64,000 nucleotides of DNA from Trichinella spiralis (taxonomy: Eukaryota): the NCBI RefSeq assembly GCF_000181795.1, contig NW_003526943.1, positions 2,179,666 to 2,243,665 on the forward strand, in the 5' to 3' direction. The notes below the pieces were generated by a model that was not told the DNA's origin, searched no databases, and saw only the letters and a program-made list of their open reading frames with translations. Both the position numbers and the translations under genes were made by a program. Each line of letters opens with the position of its first letter. Position 1 is the first letter of the stretch. Shown here one piece after another: positions 46,689-64,000 of this stretch.

Positions 46689-47539
46689 GTTACGGGTAGG
46701 CGTCGTTTTCTTCTAAATTTGTACTTCTGCTTAGGCAGCCGCTCATCACTGCTTTGTACTGCATAGCATTTTTTTAAGAAAAATTGAGTAGGTAAAAAGT
46801 TTTATCATTTGAGTTTCTGATGCAGGTTCTTTTTGGCAAAAATTACAGTTTTGAATCCAAATTGTAACAAATGCATTGTCATCATCATTAAACACCTTCT
46901 CTTGGCGTCATACAACCTCTAAATCTACAAATCACAGAAGCAAATTTGTTGGAAAAAATAATCAAAAGAGTTGAAAATAAAATTATTCACTTTTTGCTGT
47001 ACGCTCTCAAAGATGCCGTTGTCAACATTTTTCGTACTTTTCCGCTTTAAAAGGATATCCATAAAATGAGCATAATACTGTTTTTAACAGTAGTTAAGTT
47101 TAGTCTACAGAAAAACATAGATAACTTTTGGTTGGAAAAACGTTTGTATTTTCTAGACATAACGTAAAACGCGCATATAACACTTATTTTTATATTTAGA
47201 AACAAAATTTTATATTTCAGTAATGCCCGTCATACAAGTAATAATTACATTACTTTGAAATTTTCTTTGTAACTTATGCAGATAATCATGAAAATTGCAG
47301 ATTTTAGTCGTAAATTACTGTAAATATTACCTGATGATCGTGTACTGTAACATAGGTCTTCAAAATTTAATTAAAGCAACGACTGGCCGGCCAGTGGATC
47401 ACTCGCTCGACGGAAGTGGTTTACATTTGCTAATAAACACTTCGCTGATGTCATTCCCGAAGAGACGCATGCTCTGCCGGGGATGAGAGAAGTCGTGCAG
47501 TTAGCATTGCAATGCTTTTGATGGTGGATTTGGAAATTC

Positions 47540-49563
47540 ATGTTTTATCCGAAGTTAGTTGTCGTCACAACGTTGCAGGTTTTCCTCATATCTGCAGCCG
47601 TCAGCTATTACAATCTCACGGCTCCGGCTGTCGTTTCGAGCTTGAAAAAGTTCCTCGATGACTGGCTATTGCTACTTGAGCAACGTGTGCGCAATTTTCC
47701 AATTCGATCTACAAAATTTGTTCTTTCGTCGAGTAAAAATCGATTGCACTTTTTCACGAAATCCGAACTGAGCTCATATGATGGAAGTGTCAAATCCAAA
47801 GGGCTTTATTTGGCTATACTTGGTCGCATATACGATGTTTCTCGTGGCAGAGAACATTACGGACCCGGAGGTGCTTATCACATTTTTGCCGGTGAGTTTC
47901 ATCCAGCATATGTTTATTTACCTTATTTGTTCATAGTATTTTTTGTGATGTTGTTGAATTTTTCTTTTAATATGATGTGATTGATTTGTTAGTAATGAAA
48001 TTTGTGATCTGCCCAAATTGATAATCAAATGAATTTGTTTCTATGCTTGTGTAGATGTAAAAAGCTTGATAATTGTAAACGATTTCTTAATTTGATTTTT
48101 GAGATTCACGCATTCTACTAATGAGTTTGTGCTTGTGATAAATTAATTTTGTTAGGTCGAGATGCAACCCGAGCTTTTGTTACTGGCGACTTGTCAGCAG
48201 AAGGTGCCTCTGACGATTTGACCAATTTATCGAATGAAGAAATTATTGCTGTTCAACAGTGGGCAGACTTTTATGACAAAGAATACGAACTCGTCGGTGA
48301 GTTTATTTTCTTGTTCTTGTTTGAAGTTCTTCTCATACTTTCCACTTTTCCGCTTTATTCTTTTACGCACGAAGCATCCGCTTAGTAGAAGCGTTGTCAG
48401 GGGAACGAGGTGAAGCATTGATAAACATATTTTCATTGCCAGCAACAGATGTGCGGACAAACTTTAACGATGCCTCTGCAATAGCTATAGCTGTGATAAT
48501 GATCCGTTTATGAGAAGAAATTTTTTGTTTAATTTTAATATCAAACCTCTGCTTTTAATGAAAAATTGAGACTATATGTTTTGTTTAATGAATGAATTTA
48601 ATTTGATAATTTTTACAAGGTATATACTCATAATGTTGGTTTTTTATTTAGAATTCATTGCCGCCGTTCATCCATTGCAAAACATTTTTTCATAATGCAT
48701 TTGTTTACTATTTTTCAAAGAATACTGATTAATTACTGTTAGTACTGCAAATTATTATCAAAATTATATCATCAATCAAATATTATGCAATATATGAAGT
48801 TTATTTAATAGCTAATGTAATATGTATGTAATTACAGCTAATATGTATGATAATATAGTTAATATAATTATACTTAATAGTTTATTTGACTTCTCGCAGA
48901 AGAATAATTACATGCAGTGTAATATTAATTTCAGTTCAAGAAGTGAGCAGCACTTTTGTACGCATTGCACTTAGAACAATTTGTAGTAGTGAATGTCGTG
49001 AATTGTATATAATATTTTTTGATTGCATTTCCATGTTAAACTTTTATGTCACTTTTTTCGCTTATTTATCTGAATTTAGGCATATTGAAAGGAACTTATT
49101 ATAATTCGGACGGCAATCCTACTCGAAGTTTGGAAGATTATAAAATTCGTTTGAATAAAGCACTGAAATGGAAACAGGAAGAAGATGCAGAAGCAGAACG
49201 TTTTCCACCTTGCAATTCTGAGTGGATCCAAGGAGGCGGTGGTCGAGTTTGGTGTAGCCACAACAGGTATGCTTTATGCGTATTGGAGTGTGATTGAATT
49301 TAAAGATAAACTGTAAAATTCATAGCGGAGGCGTGAAGCGCCGTTGGGCAGGTGTACCGAGAAAATTACTTAAGCCAGGGTCAAAGCATTCACGATGTGT
49401 TTGCGTGAAGAATGATGGCACTGTTCAGAAAGAAGAAGACAACGTAAATGATGAAGAAGCCCAATCATTCAGTAGACATGGTGATTTTGATCATCCTAAT
49501 TTACTTCAGTATAGCAACTGCGATCCGGAGGCTGTTTCTTGTAAATTGCAAGGTGACGACTAA
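47540..49563 (+). CDS. CYB5D2: Neuferricin (cytochrome b5 domain-containing protein 2, MAPR family), 4 exons
   Basis: Hydrophobic N-terminus, then FTKSELSSYDG...[63 protein letters not shown] and RCVCV. Confidence 0.93.
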
Positions 49564-49874
49564 TTTTACAGATTATTAAAATGAAAGTAGTTAATAATTA
49601 TTATTGACAAACATCATTTTAAAAAAGTTCAGAGATTTAATTTAGCTAGGCTCACATTGTCATTATTCCGGTATTTGAAAATATGATCAATTTGAAGTTA
49701 AATATATTGCCTGATGCTACATTCAGGAAAAGCTGTCTCTTGAAATATTTTTTATAGTGTCTCTTTTTCCCTCGATATTTCTATTAGTATTATTCTGCTT
49801 TTCCAAATAAAAATCAGCGTATATGACTTAGGATCTATCGTTACTTGGATAATTATCTTAGTTCCATTCAGTTT

Positions 49875-50630
49875 TTCAAGACCATCACCAACACCACACA
49901 CGCACTGTCGAAAAGTGTATCAGATATGCATATGATAGCGTTTCCAGAGCACTTTGCACCAGATCGAATTGGATCCACAGCGGATGTCATCTGAACCACG
50001 AATTTAAACAGTTTCTATGAAAACAGATTTATGATAGCAAAAATTACCTTGGATGAGAAAGTATCACCATCAGAGGGATAGTTATTTTAAAGAAGAAGTT
50101 CAAGAAGCAACGTGCACATAACAACGTAGGATGTAATGGCGTATGCATAAAATAATTTCGAACTGAAAAATTTTAATGCAAAACTAATGATTCAATTCAC
50201 CCGTAAATAAGAGTTCAATGAACGTTTTTACCTTTCTGAACAATGATGCTGCATGTTTTTAAACGCTCTTTTCGCTGGAAAATTACTGTTTCCAAATACA
50301 GAAGCAATTTCAATTTTTTACTGACATATTTATATAAGTTTTAAGCATTATCTTACATATCAACTTACTAGTTTGTTAAACGTATAAAAATCTGAATAGC
50401 GTCTAGTCATGAATTTCTTCTAATTCAGTTTTCTCACTTGAATATTATACACAGCAAGCAGGTTCTACTGGTCATTGCCAATACCTTTACTTATTATACT
50501 AAATTATTGCATTAATTTCAAAAAAAGTAGTATTTGACAAACATCAAAAATCATCACATCAATCGTAATGGTCCGTTTCATAAGTAACGGCAGTAATGAT
50601 ATCTTAAAATTTGTTAATATGTGACAATTA
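49875..50630 (-). pseudogene. Degenerate partial duplicate of the SNX13 PX-domain exons, introns retained
   Basis: Colinear with about 54560-55328, for example caagaccatcaccaacac...caccagatcgaattggatccaca and acccgtaaataagagttcaa. The PX exon copy has stop codons at 50465-50467, 50420-50422 and 50360-50362 and an 18-nt deletion. Confidence 0.9.
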
Positions 50631-51215
50631 TAAGTTCAAAAGCAAATTTATCTGATAATAAAAGAAAACTTATATGAAAATATCTGATCGCTTGATGAAA
50701 ATAGTAAAAATTGAAAAGAAATTTCAAAATAAGTGATATACTTTAAGAAAACCTGAAGCGGATTTAACCAGCTGAAGTAAAATAACATTAAACGCAACTT
50801 CACTTTTTGTTAAAAATGTTAATTAGGCGCAAGAGCATTTTTGAAAAAAGTGAAGAGTTTTGGGTTCGTGAAATTTCAAAATTAAAAATTCCATTTTTGA
50901 ACATTTCAGTCTTCGAAACATATGCATCCTACATTTTAATAATTTTGTTGTGGTCATTCGATTTATAAAAATATGAAATAATTTCATAATGCATTGGAAA
51001 CAAATATTCATTTCCAATATCTTGTGTAAGTGTTTTCCGTAGAAGCTATGACTCAGGGCTATTGCCTCAATGACTGCAATCTGCGTTCAACATTCGTCCC
51101 TTTTCAGCTTCGGCGAATGAAATTGAAGACAATAAAAAGAAAGGACAAGAATGCAATCGATTAATGAAAGTGCTTATTAGAAAGTGCTTTTGACAATCAC
51201 TGTGATAATTCACAA

Positions 51216-51460
51216 CAGTGTTTCCTAAACCTTTTCAAGCTATCACCCCCTTGAGAGGGAGATATTTTTCAAACGCTCCCCTAAATTACTGCCAAAAAGA
51301 TGATAAATTTTTAAATAGATTATTTATTTTAATCGAATTTTCTTTCAAAAATAATCGTATAGTGAGGAAACAATTAATGTGATGGATGGGTTTGGTGCGT
51401 TGCGACTAATCTGTTTACATGAAGTTCAATGTTGCTAAGAACAGTCGTAAGTGCCATGAG
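51216..51460 (-). mobile_element. 3' remnant of a hAT (Buster/Charlie-type) DNA transposon
   Basis: Terminus CAGTGTTTCCTAAACCTTTT resembles Buster/SPIN TIRs. The minus strand reads HLRLFL, then after a frameshift SNIELHVNRLVATHQTHPSH* (stop at 51374), matching the characteristic Buster transposase C-terminus. No partner TIR was seen. Confidence 0.75.
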
Positions 51461-52107
51461 TGAAGAAGATGAAGAAGACTGATTGCAGAGAGTCGTATTA
51501 CATTAAACACACAAAAATTAATCAGTATTCTTAAAACAACTGCTGAATTGTAATTGTAATTGACAGTTTCATCTGAAGTTAGTTGCCAGCTGCAAGTATT
51601 CTCTTTATGAAAGCAATTAGTCCCATCAAGTGTTGTCTGAGCTGTTATGTGACAAAAGTGACATTAAAGTAACTCTATTTAGCCACCGTAGTCTCTCTTG
51701 CAAAGCTTCTCTTGTCAAAAAGCATTTCAGACCTGGGCAGCTTTATCACAGTTTTGCCGTTGAGTTTATTACATATGCTTATTTAACTAATTTGTTTCTT
51801 CCTCTTGTAGTAAGTTTTGTGATATTGTTGGATTTTCTTTTCATTGGAATGCGATTCATTTTTTATTAATAAAATTTGTCATCCGCCTATGCAGGTAATC
51901 AAATGGATTTGTCCATATGCTATCATTGATGTAGAAAAGCTGGATAAATGTAAATAATTTCTCATCTGTTCTTTAAGATTGAAACATTTTAACAGTAATT
52001 ACTTTGTTCATGTAATAAAGTAAGTTTGTTAAGTTCAGATACAACCCATGCCATGCAATCAGTATGAATTATATCACACTATATAATTTCAATTTATAGC
52101 ATAATCA

Positions 52108-53473
52108 TTATATGATCTTTCCTGTAATTGCTCGCACATGAGAAATGACCATGTCACAATAATTGCTACCGCCGAAGTGATTCCTAGAAATTTAATGACA
52201 TCATTTTACTTATTACTGTTGTAAAATAAACTAAAAACAGTACAACCTACCAGTGATTCAAATAATGAAACAGTTGATATAACAAAAGACGTTCTTCTTC
52301 ACCACGTTCTTTTGGTATTACTGTTCGATAGCCTTGGAAAAATTTTGGTGGCAACTGGCCGAACATGGTAGCAATTCCAAAGTCGAATTCGTTGTGACCA
52401 TAAAAACTGGCCGGATCAAAAGCAACTAAACAGAATAAAAATGACATGTGACAGACAATTAAAATTTCACAAACAAATCCTATACCTGCACCGTTGGAAG
52501 TTTCACCAACGTTGCCAGGCCAGAGATCTCCATGCAACAGAGACGGCTTAATTTGTGGCAAATTAACAAACATCCGCGGTGCCATGTTAATCAAATATGG
52601 CCACAAATAAAACAGATTATGGTTGTTGTGCTTTTCCATCGCCATGTCGTACTGTTTCTGCAACCGCTGTCTTAAAAAGAATTCCTAAAAAAGCAAGCAT
52701 ACATTTTTGCCACCTGCAGTTGCACTTTTTGTTTCATACCACCCAGTTGTCATTCCAAGTATTCTCCATTATCAACGAACCGCATGCAGTATCAACGTGG
52801 AAGCCAAACCGCTCCACTACTTGAATTTCAAATTCATCATGTTTCGCTGTCACCCATTTCGCTCGTTCCTCTTCGACTTTCATCAGCTCAGCGTTGTGTA
52901 GATGAAGTCTGAACAAAAAAAGTCAAATAAAAAATTCTGCTATTTATATTAGAAATATAAAGTTTTTCCCAAACTTTGCCATCTGAACTCCAAAATCGAA
53001 TGCATATTTACTCAACGACTTCATCTGCGGAATGTATTCCGCCACAAGAAGAGCTCCGTTGCTAGGCACTTCAATACACTGAAAATATAAAACTCGAAAT
53101 AAATTTTCAATTCAAAAAATTTCAGATAAATTAATTTCTACTTTATCAGAAATTACCTTGATTGGTTTGGGCACTTGAATACAATTCGCAGCGTACAACC
53201 ATCTCAAGCTTGCATATTCACCCTTCAACTGATCAAAAGCCTGCGCAAATGAGAAAAAGCAATAAAAACGAAAATAATAATTTTTCAGGAACAACTTACT
53301 CCATCTGATTCTTGATTAAACTTTACAAAGATAGTGCCATTATCAGTTTTGAAAGCTCTGCCTCTGCTAATGCATCCAGTATACCAACGGTCCAAAGGTT
53401 CAAGACATTGAGTTTCAAGCTCTTGCTTAAGCAATTTTATAACAGTTTTTTCATATTCTTCATCATTGAACAT
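52108..53473 (-). CDS. FN3K: Fructosamine-3-kinase / ketosamine-3-kinase family protein, multi-exon
   Basis: Contains GCISRGRAFKTDNGTIFVKFN, FGFHVDTACGS, PSLLHGDLWPGN, FDPASFYGHNEFD and LYQLFHYLNHWNHFG. Confidence 0.93.
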
Positions 53474-53676
53474 TGCAAACTTCAAAACATAGTTTACACT
53501 TATTAATTTAAGAACTGTAAAATAATTTTCAAAAATTCAGTGATCAGAATGGACACTTCAATTTTTTCATAAGTGCAAAAATACTAACAAGAGCAAATTA
53601 CTAATGTAAAGTAATACAATTTATTTTACATTTTATTTCACTTTTTTATAGTAAAATAAAATAAAATTAAAAGTCT

Positions 53677-56600
53677 TTATAATGATGAAAAATGTTTGTG
53701 TATCTTTTCGAAAACTGTCGACTGTAAATTAAGCTTTGGAAAAATGTTGACCAACAAACGTTCAGTGAGTACATAGCACAGCCGTCGATTTAGATTTTTG
53801 TATTGAAATGCCTCGAATACTAAGCAAATACCGTTGCAAGAAGTCTCATTTCCAATGAACAATTTCAGTTCATCTAAATTAAACAAAAAAATATACTGTG
53901 CTGTTTTTTTCAAGACTTTTTTCACGTACCAGGAAGCATAGCTAATACTTTTGCCTTAGCAGCTATGCGAGTTCTCAACTGTATGCCCGCTGATCGAGGC
54001 GGATAACTTTCTGCTAACTGACCATTAGGCCACATTGCATTTCTAAAAATATAGAAGAAAAGGAACCACGGATTACAATTCAATTTCCATGAGCTACCAA
54101 AATGATCATCCATTTATCTTCAAAAATGATATGAAAATTATCTAACTTTAAAAAATTAATTATTTATAAACGGAAAGCAATTCACACCTGAACAATTTAA
54201 TGTAATAAATAAGCTGAGTTTCGCTTGTTAGCCAATGGACATATTCAACAATTTTTCTACTAAAGCTATATCCCTGTGTAGCGTGAATAAATTGCTGCAA
54301 AAAGGTCACCATGCGACGCCTTATCCATTGATTCTGATTACGCTGACCAAATATCTCTTCCATCAAGAGCATCAAAATACGCAAGGGAATGCTGTCCATA
54401 GATTCATAGCTTAAACTATCCGCTACGCGTCCTCCACAAGCGTCATTTTCTATTTGAGTCTCAGGTATCTGTAAAAGGACATTGTAGCTCATTGTCAAAA
54501 CCAACAAAACAGAAAATACTTTCACAGTATTACCCCTAATACAGTTCTAGTCACTTTGCCAAGACCATCACCAACACGACACACACCGTCGAAAAGTGTA
54601 TCAGGCATGGATATGACAGCATTTCCAACGTATTTCACACCAGATCGAATTGGATCCACAACGGATGTAATCTGAAACAGGTATTTGAACAATTTCTTCT
54701 ATGAAAACAGTTTTAAGATAACAAAAATTACTTTTGATGAGAAAGTACCACCCTCAGTGGGGTATTCCTTTTGGCAAAGAAATTCAAGAAGCAACTTTTC
54801 CAAGCCAACGCATCTTCGTAACAGCGCAGGATCCAACAGCGTCTGCATAAAATGAATTCAAATTGAAAAAATTTTAATGCAGAACTAACTAATGCTTAAT
54901 TAAACTGACCCGTAAATAAGAGTTCAACGAACGTTTTCGCCTTTCCAAAAAATCATGCTGCATGTTGTTGAACGCTCTTTTCGCTGGAAAACTTATTTTT
55001 CCCAAATATGGAAACTAAATTTCATTTTTTGCTAAAATATTTACATAAATTTTTTTAGCATTTGCTTACTTTTCGTTTTATTAGACCGTTAAACGTGTAA
55101 AAATCTGAATAACGTCTAGTGACAACCCACTGAGCAATGCATTCCTTCTTGTAATTCAGTTTTCTCACTTGAATGTTATATACAGCAAACATGTTCGACT
55201 GGTCATTTCCAATACCTTCACTTATTAAATTAATTTTTAAAAAGTAATTTTTCACAAATATAAACTACCACACCAATTGTAGTGATGTCAGTTTCATAGG
55301 TGACGTTAGTTAGGATTTCCTGAAATTTTTTAACACTTTGACAAAATACTGAATGGATTTTATCGATTATGAAAAATATTGGATACCATTTCTGTGTCTT
55401 CAAAATCATCACATTCGTCTCCAGTTGTGGAATCTATCAACACTTGCGCTGAACTGCACTCTGGCTCTGCTGCAACATCATCTGATTGTTCAGACTCATC
55501 CTTGTCCAAAATTGGAAGCAATTTTAATTCTGCCAACAATTTCACGTAGGAATAACTTCGTTTAAATGATAAATAGAAGCGTGGATCTTTTTCCAAAATT
55601 TCATAAAGCTGAAAACAGTGTTTAAGAATGCAAAAATTTCTACAACAGAACTATCTTAGATTTATGCTTACACGTCTCTGCAATTCATCAAAGTACTGAG
55701 ATGGCTGCGCTTTTGTTTTTACTGCCGTTAATAAACGCTTTTTTATATTTTCATCAATATCAACCATTTTTTCACACTAAATGGAAGTATATTATTGAAA
55801 TTGTAAAAAATAATTTCTACTATTACATTATTTTCCAAATATTGCTTGTAAATTTCTAATGCAACCTCACGAGCTGAAGCGAGAACTGTTGAATCTATTT
55901 GCTTGACATCGCCGGCAAAGCTAGTGTCCAAACAATCAGCCTGTGTACTGGAGAAACTGTTCTTGAAACCCTAAGAGAAATAAACAGACAAATAATAAAT
56001 TATTAAACTTTCGTTTCTCCAAGTTTCTCACTTCTATTGTTAAATATAAGTCAATGTATGATTTGCCATCTGTATGACTCAGGTAATCTGAATATTAATT
56101 AAAAAAAACAATATCATTGAAAAAATGACAAAACATAAAAGATGACCAACCAACAAAATAACGAAGCGCGACGTGATTGCAAAGTACAAAAGCCAATGAA
56201 AGATCATACATTGCTGCACATTCCTGCCATCCCTCGCCATTGTCATCCTAATCATATAGCAATATATAAAAACACATTCACTATTGTTCATTGTTTCATT
56301 TATAAAATGGACTCCATGAATATGCATAAAAATTACCATTTGTGAGTCATTAGTTTGCAGTCGTGAAAGTCGATTAATTACAAGTTTTTTTAAAAATAAT
56401 AAACTATTCAAACATTGCTTCACTGCATTATCTAAATTTTTAAGATGAGATAAATTTACAATGGTCAGTTTTCTAAGAAATAAAAAAAAATACCATCAGC
56501 GCCTCCTGTATCTTTCGAACGCTGAGTTTCAATTTCTTGCTGCAAGACTTCATTTGTAACTGTAAGCTCGTCTGGATCTTCACTGTTTTCCAAAATTGTA

Positions 56601-57947
56601 ATAAAATCTTCATATTTCAACGGAACGTCAGATAACTACATTATGAATAACCAACGTATAATAATAATTTTTCAATATTGCAAAAGTCTTACGTAATTTA
56701 ACACAGACTGGCAAATGAAATCTGGATCTGAAAGAAGATCCATTAAAGGGGCCAAAATCCTAGAGGCTACTACGTCCTAAAAAAGATAAAATGTTTCGTT
56801 AATCCTTATTATTTACATTAATTATGAATCAAAAGCTTTACTCTCAGAATTAACCGAAAAGCATATGGTGAAAAGTCTTTCGGTTGGACCAACAAAAAAT
56901 TCAAAACTTCTGCCAAACGGCGTAAATAAGCTTAAAAATAAAAATTACTGCTTTAATAAATTTTAATAATAACAATTTTTACTGCTTTCGTGCATCTTTG
57001 ATGTGGACACCTTCTTGCGACAAAACGTCTTTTCAAGCTCATTTTCCATTTCAAAGAAATATTTCTCTAATACTTCTGCCTTTTCTTCTTGGGTTGAATA
57101 TGAGTTTTTAATGCAACGTTGCTTCGCTTTGCGAAATAGCCTTAAATGGGTGGCAAAATCGTCGACAACATCGTGTGTCAACAACGGTACCCAATTTACC
57201 CTTCTTAATCTATAAACAATAATGATTTCATTAACATAAACAAATAAATAAGCAATATCTCACTGAGTGATAAGAGATCGTAACGAACGTAGAACCAGTA
57301 CTCGCAAGCATTTGGCAAATGAATCATCATTCGTTAAAACAGAATACCATGACTGAACAAAATCCCGAAGAGCTAAATCCAAAACCTACATACATTTAAT
57401 ACAGATACATACTAAAACAAAATAAACTCTTAGATGCAAATTTAAATTACTTGATGTTATAATTAACAAATAATTTAATAAATGTTATACAAATCATATA
57501 AACTAACTTCATTTATAAGTCGTTCTAAATTTTCAGAGCACTGAAGTTTCACGTTACTTTCAGAGGGCATATCTTTCATCTACAATTGTAATGAATTTAA
57601 GTATATGAGCAATTAGCTGAACAGCTAATCAATAAATCCCTAATTTAAAGAGCACAGAAAGATATTTTACCTTATCAATAACATGTTCACCTTCACTTAT
57701 TGCGTGTATCCCACGTAAATCTTCCAAAAACATGGGAAAACGATATTCATATAAATAATAGAACTGACGAAGTAAAATTCTAAAAACAATACAGTTAAAG
57801 TTATCTTATTGAATTAAAATCTTACCCTAATAAAAATGAAAAAAGGCATAAAAAAAAGACTCCACAGCCATAGATGCCAAATGACTGTACAGACAAACAA
57901 ATTAAAATCAAGAAACAAAATTTCCCGTTCGAAAAGGGAAAGATCAT
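53677..57947 (-). CDS. SNX13: Sorting nexin 13-like (N-terminal TM, PXA, RGS, PX, PXC domains), multi-exon
   Basis: PXA (LRDFVQSWY; LTHDVVDDFATHLRLFRKA), RGS, PX (WVVTRRYSDF; FPAKRAFNN) and PXC (DSIPLRILMLLMEEIF...NQWIRRR; AMWPNG; FEAFQYKNLNRRLCYV). Confidence 0.9.
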
Positions 57948-59326
57948 TTGATTCTCTGCAGTAACAATTTACAGTTTGTACTCAGCCAGTAGTGTATCTA
58001 AAAATACTTTTAAAATTAGATTGGAGACGTGATTTTTCATGTACATTTAAAATTTAAACTGTTCACCATAAAATTGCATTTTTAGTAATTTAATTTCATA
58101 TTTTCCATTCCATGTAATTTTTGTAATTTATTTATACCTTCTTCTCACTGTATTACAGTAACCTACAAGATTATCCAGCTAGATTTGTAATAAGAATTAC
58201 AAAAAAAAAGCAATCGCAATGAAAATATTCTCATCTTTAGACGATTTTAAAGTACAATGCATTACAGTAACAAATTGTACAATAACAGCTTTTTAGAAAA
58301 ATAATTAACAACTTTTTATTACATTAATATATTGTTTTTTTCATCTCACTTATTGTAAACATTGCAGAATAACAAAAAATAGAATTATGTACTTGAAAGT
58401 CAGAAGTTATATCACACTGATTATTTTGTAGCTACTAACTGTATTAAATGTGATGGATTTGTTTGCATGATGGCAAAGGAAAATGTTATGTGCAGATGTC
58501 TGTATTATTGTCAAAAATGGTAATGGTTAAACAATCACAATTAAATAAATTAGAAGCAAAGCTAAACAAATTGACAATAAAAACAATTTTACCTGTTCTT
58601 AAAAAATTTTCAATAACAGCAGCATATCCGGAAAAAAACGAAGAACTTCGCTTTCTGTGAACTTTTAATGAAAAGCAAAAACAGCTTCCAATCTTCGATT
58701 GTATGCATGCTTCATTTCAACAGTTTTACTTTGTTCATTCTATTGCAGTAAAAAGCATCATTAATTGATTTCGTAATGTACAGAGAAGAAACATTCGTTT
58801 CCATTATAAGCGCGTGAAGTCAAGTATCTTACAATACAATCGATCGGTCGTTGAACGAAAGCATATCCTCAGTAACACTGAATTTCAACTTGAAAAAAGT
58901 AATTAGTAGTATTTTGTATAAGTCAGTATTTTATCTTTTAGTATAATTCATTTAAAGAGTGCAAAATCATATAATTGGAATAAAGCACATTAGATGAAAA
59001 ATAAAAACAAAACTCTTTCTTCAAAAACCTGTAGCTTAAGTGAAATAAACAAACAGTTATGTCATACCAGCTGTAATTAGTTAATACCGCTTTTAATGGA
59101 AATAAACACACTGTATCTTTAGCAGAGCTGCGTGACATGTTTATTTTCTTAAATATTAATCCTTGATTTTTAAGATACTGTACAACTCATTACAGTGAAA
59201 TAATTTTAAATTATGTCACTGTATATTTAAATAATTCAATAAATCTGTTGTTACTATATGAAATAGGTAAAACTGTTGTAATTGAAAGGTAAAATTTCGA
59301 ATTCGGCTTGCTTCTGTTAATAACAC

Positions 59327-64000
<4,674 letters not shown>

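Noticed and set aside
47394..47409. gtggatcactcgctcg resembles the 5' end of 5.8S rRNA; the nearby CAGTG resembles an IRE loop
   Set aside because: Only about 16 nt is similar with no continuation, and the bases flanking CAGTG do not form the 5-bp IRE stem.
55320..55386. SNX13 intron starting GTATCC as a possible U12-type intron
   Set aside because: The donor continues AA rather than TT, and there is no TCCTTAAC branch site.

Overview
This is AT-rich, gene-dense eukaryotic DNA with many very short (about 50-70 nt) TTTCAG-type introns. It is probably a clade I parasitic nematode such as Trichinella; that is inferred from style and gene set, not proven. Twelve recognisable conserved genes lie in order: FHIP/FAM160A (-), arginyl-tRNA synthetase (+), TMEM245 (+), OSBP (-), ZER-1 (+), HSP110 (-), Abl-interactor ABI-1 (-), CBP/p300 (+), neuferricin (+), fructosamine/ketosamine-3-kinase (-), SNX13 (-) and Furry/SAX-2 (+, runs off the window). 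Features absent from the ORF track: (1) a complete 3-exon gene for a 79-aa secreted peptide with four mature cysteines, nested antisense in a FHIP intron, which is the best novelty candidate; (2) a decayed intron-containing duplicate of the SNX13 PX region next to (3) the 3' end of a Buster-type hAT transposon; (4) a multi-hairpin element just upstream of neuferricin; (5) at least four GC-AG introns; (6) an intron-free ABI-1 CDS; (7) an operon-like SNX13-FN3K spacer; (8) a heat-shock element before HSP110. All gene boundaries were derived by hand and no database searches were run.
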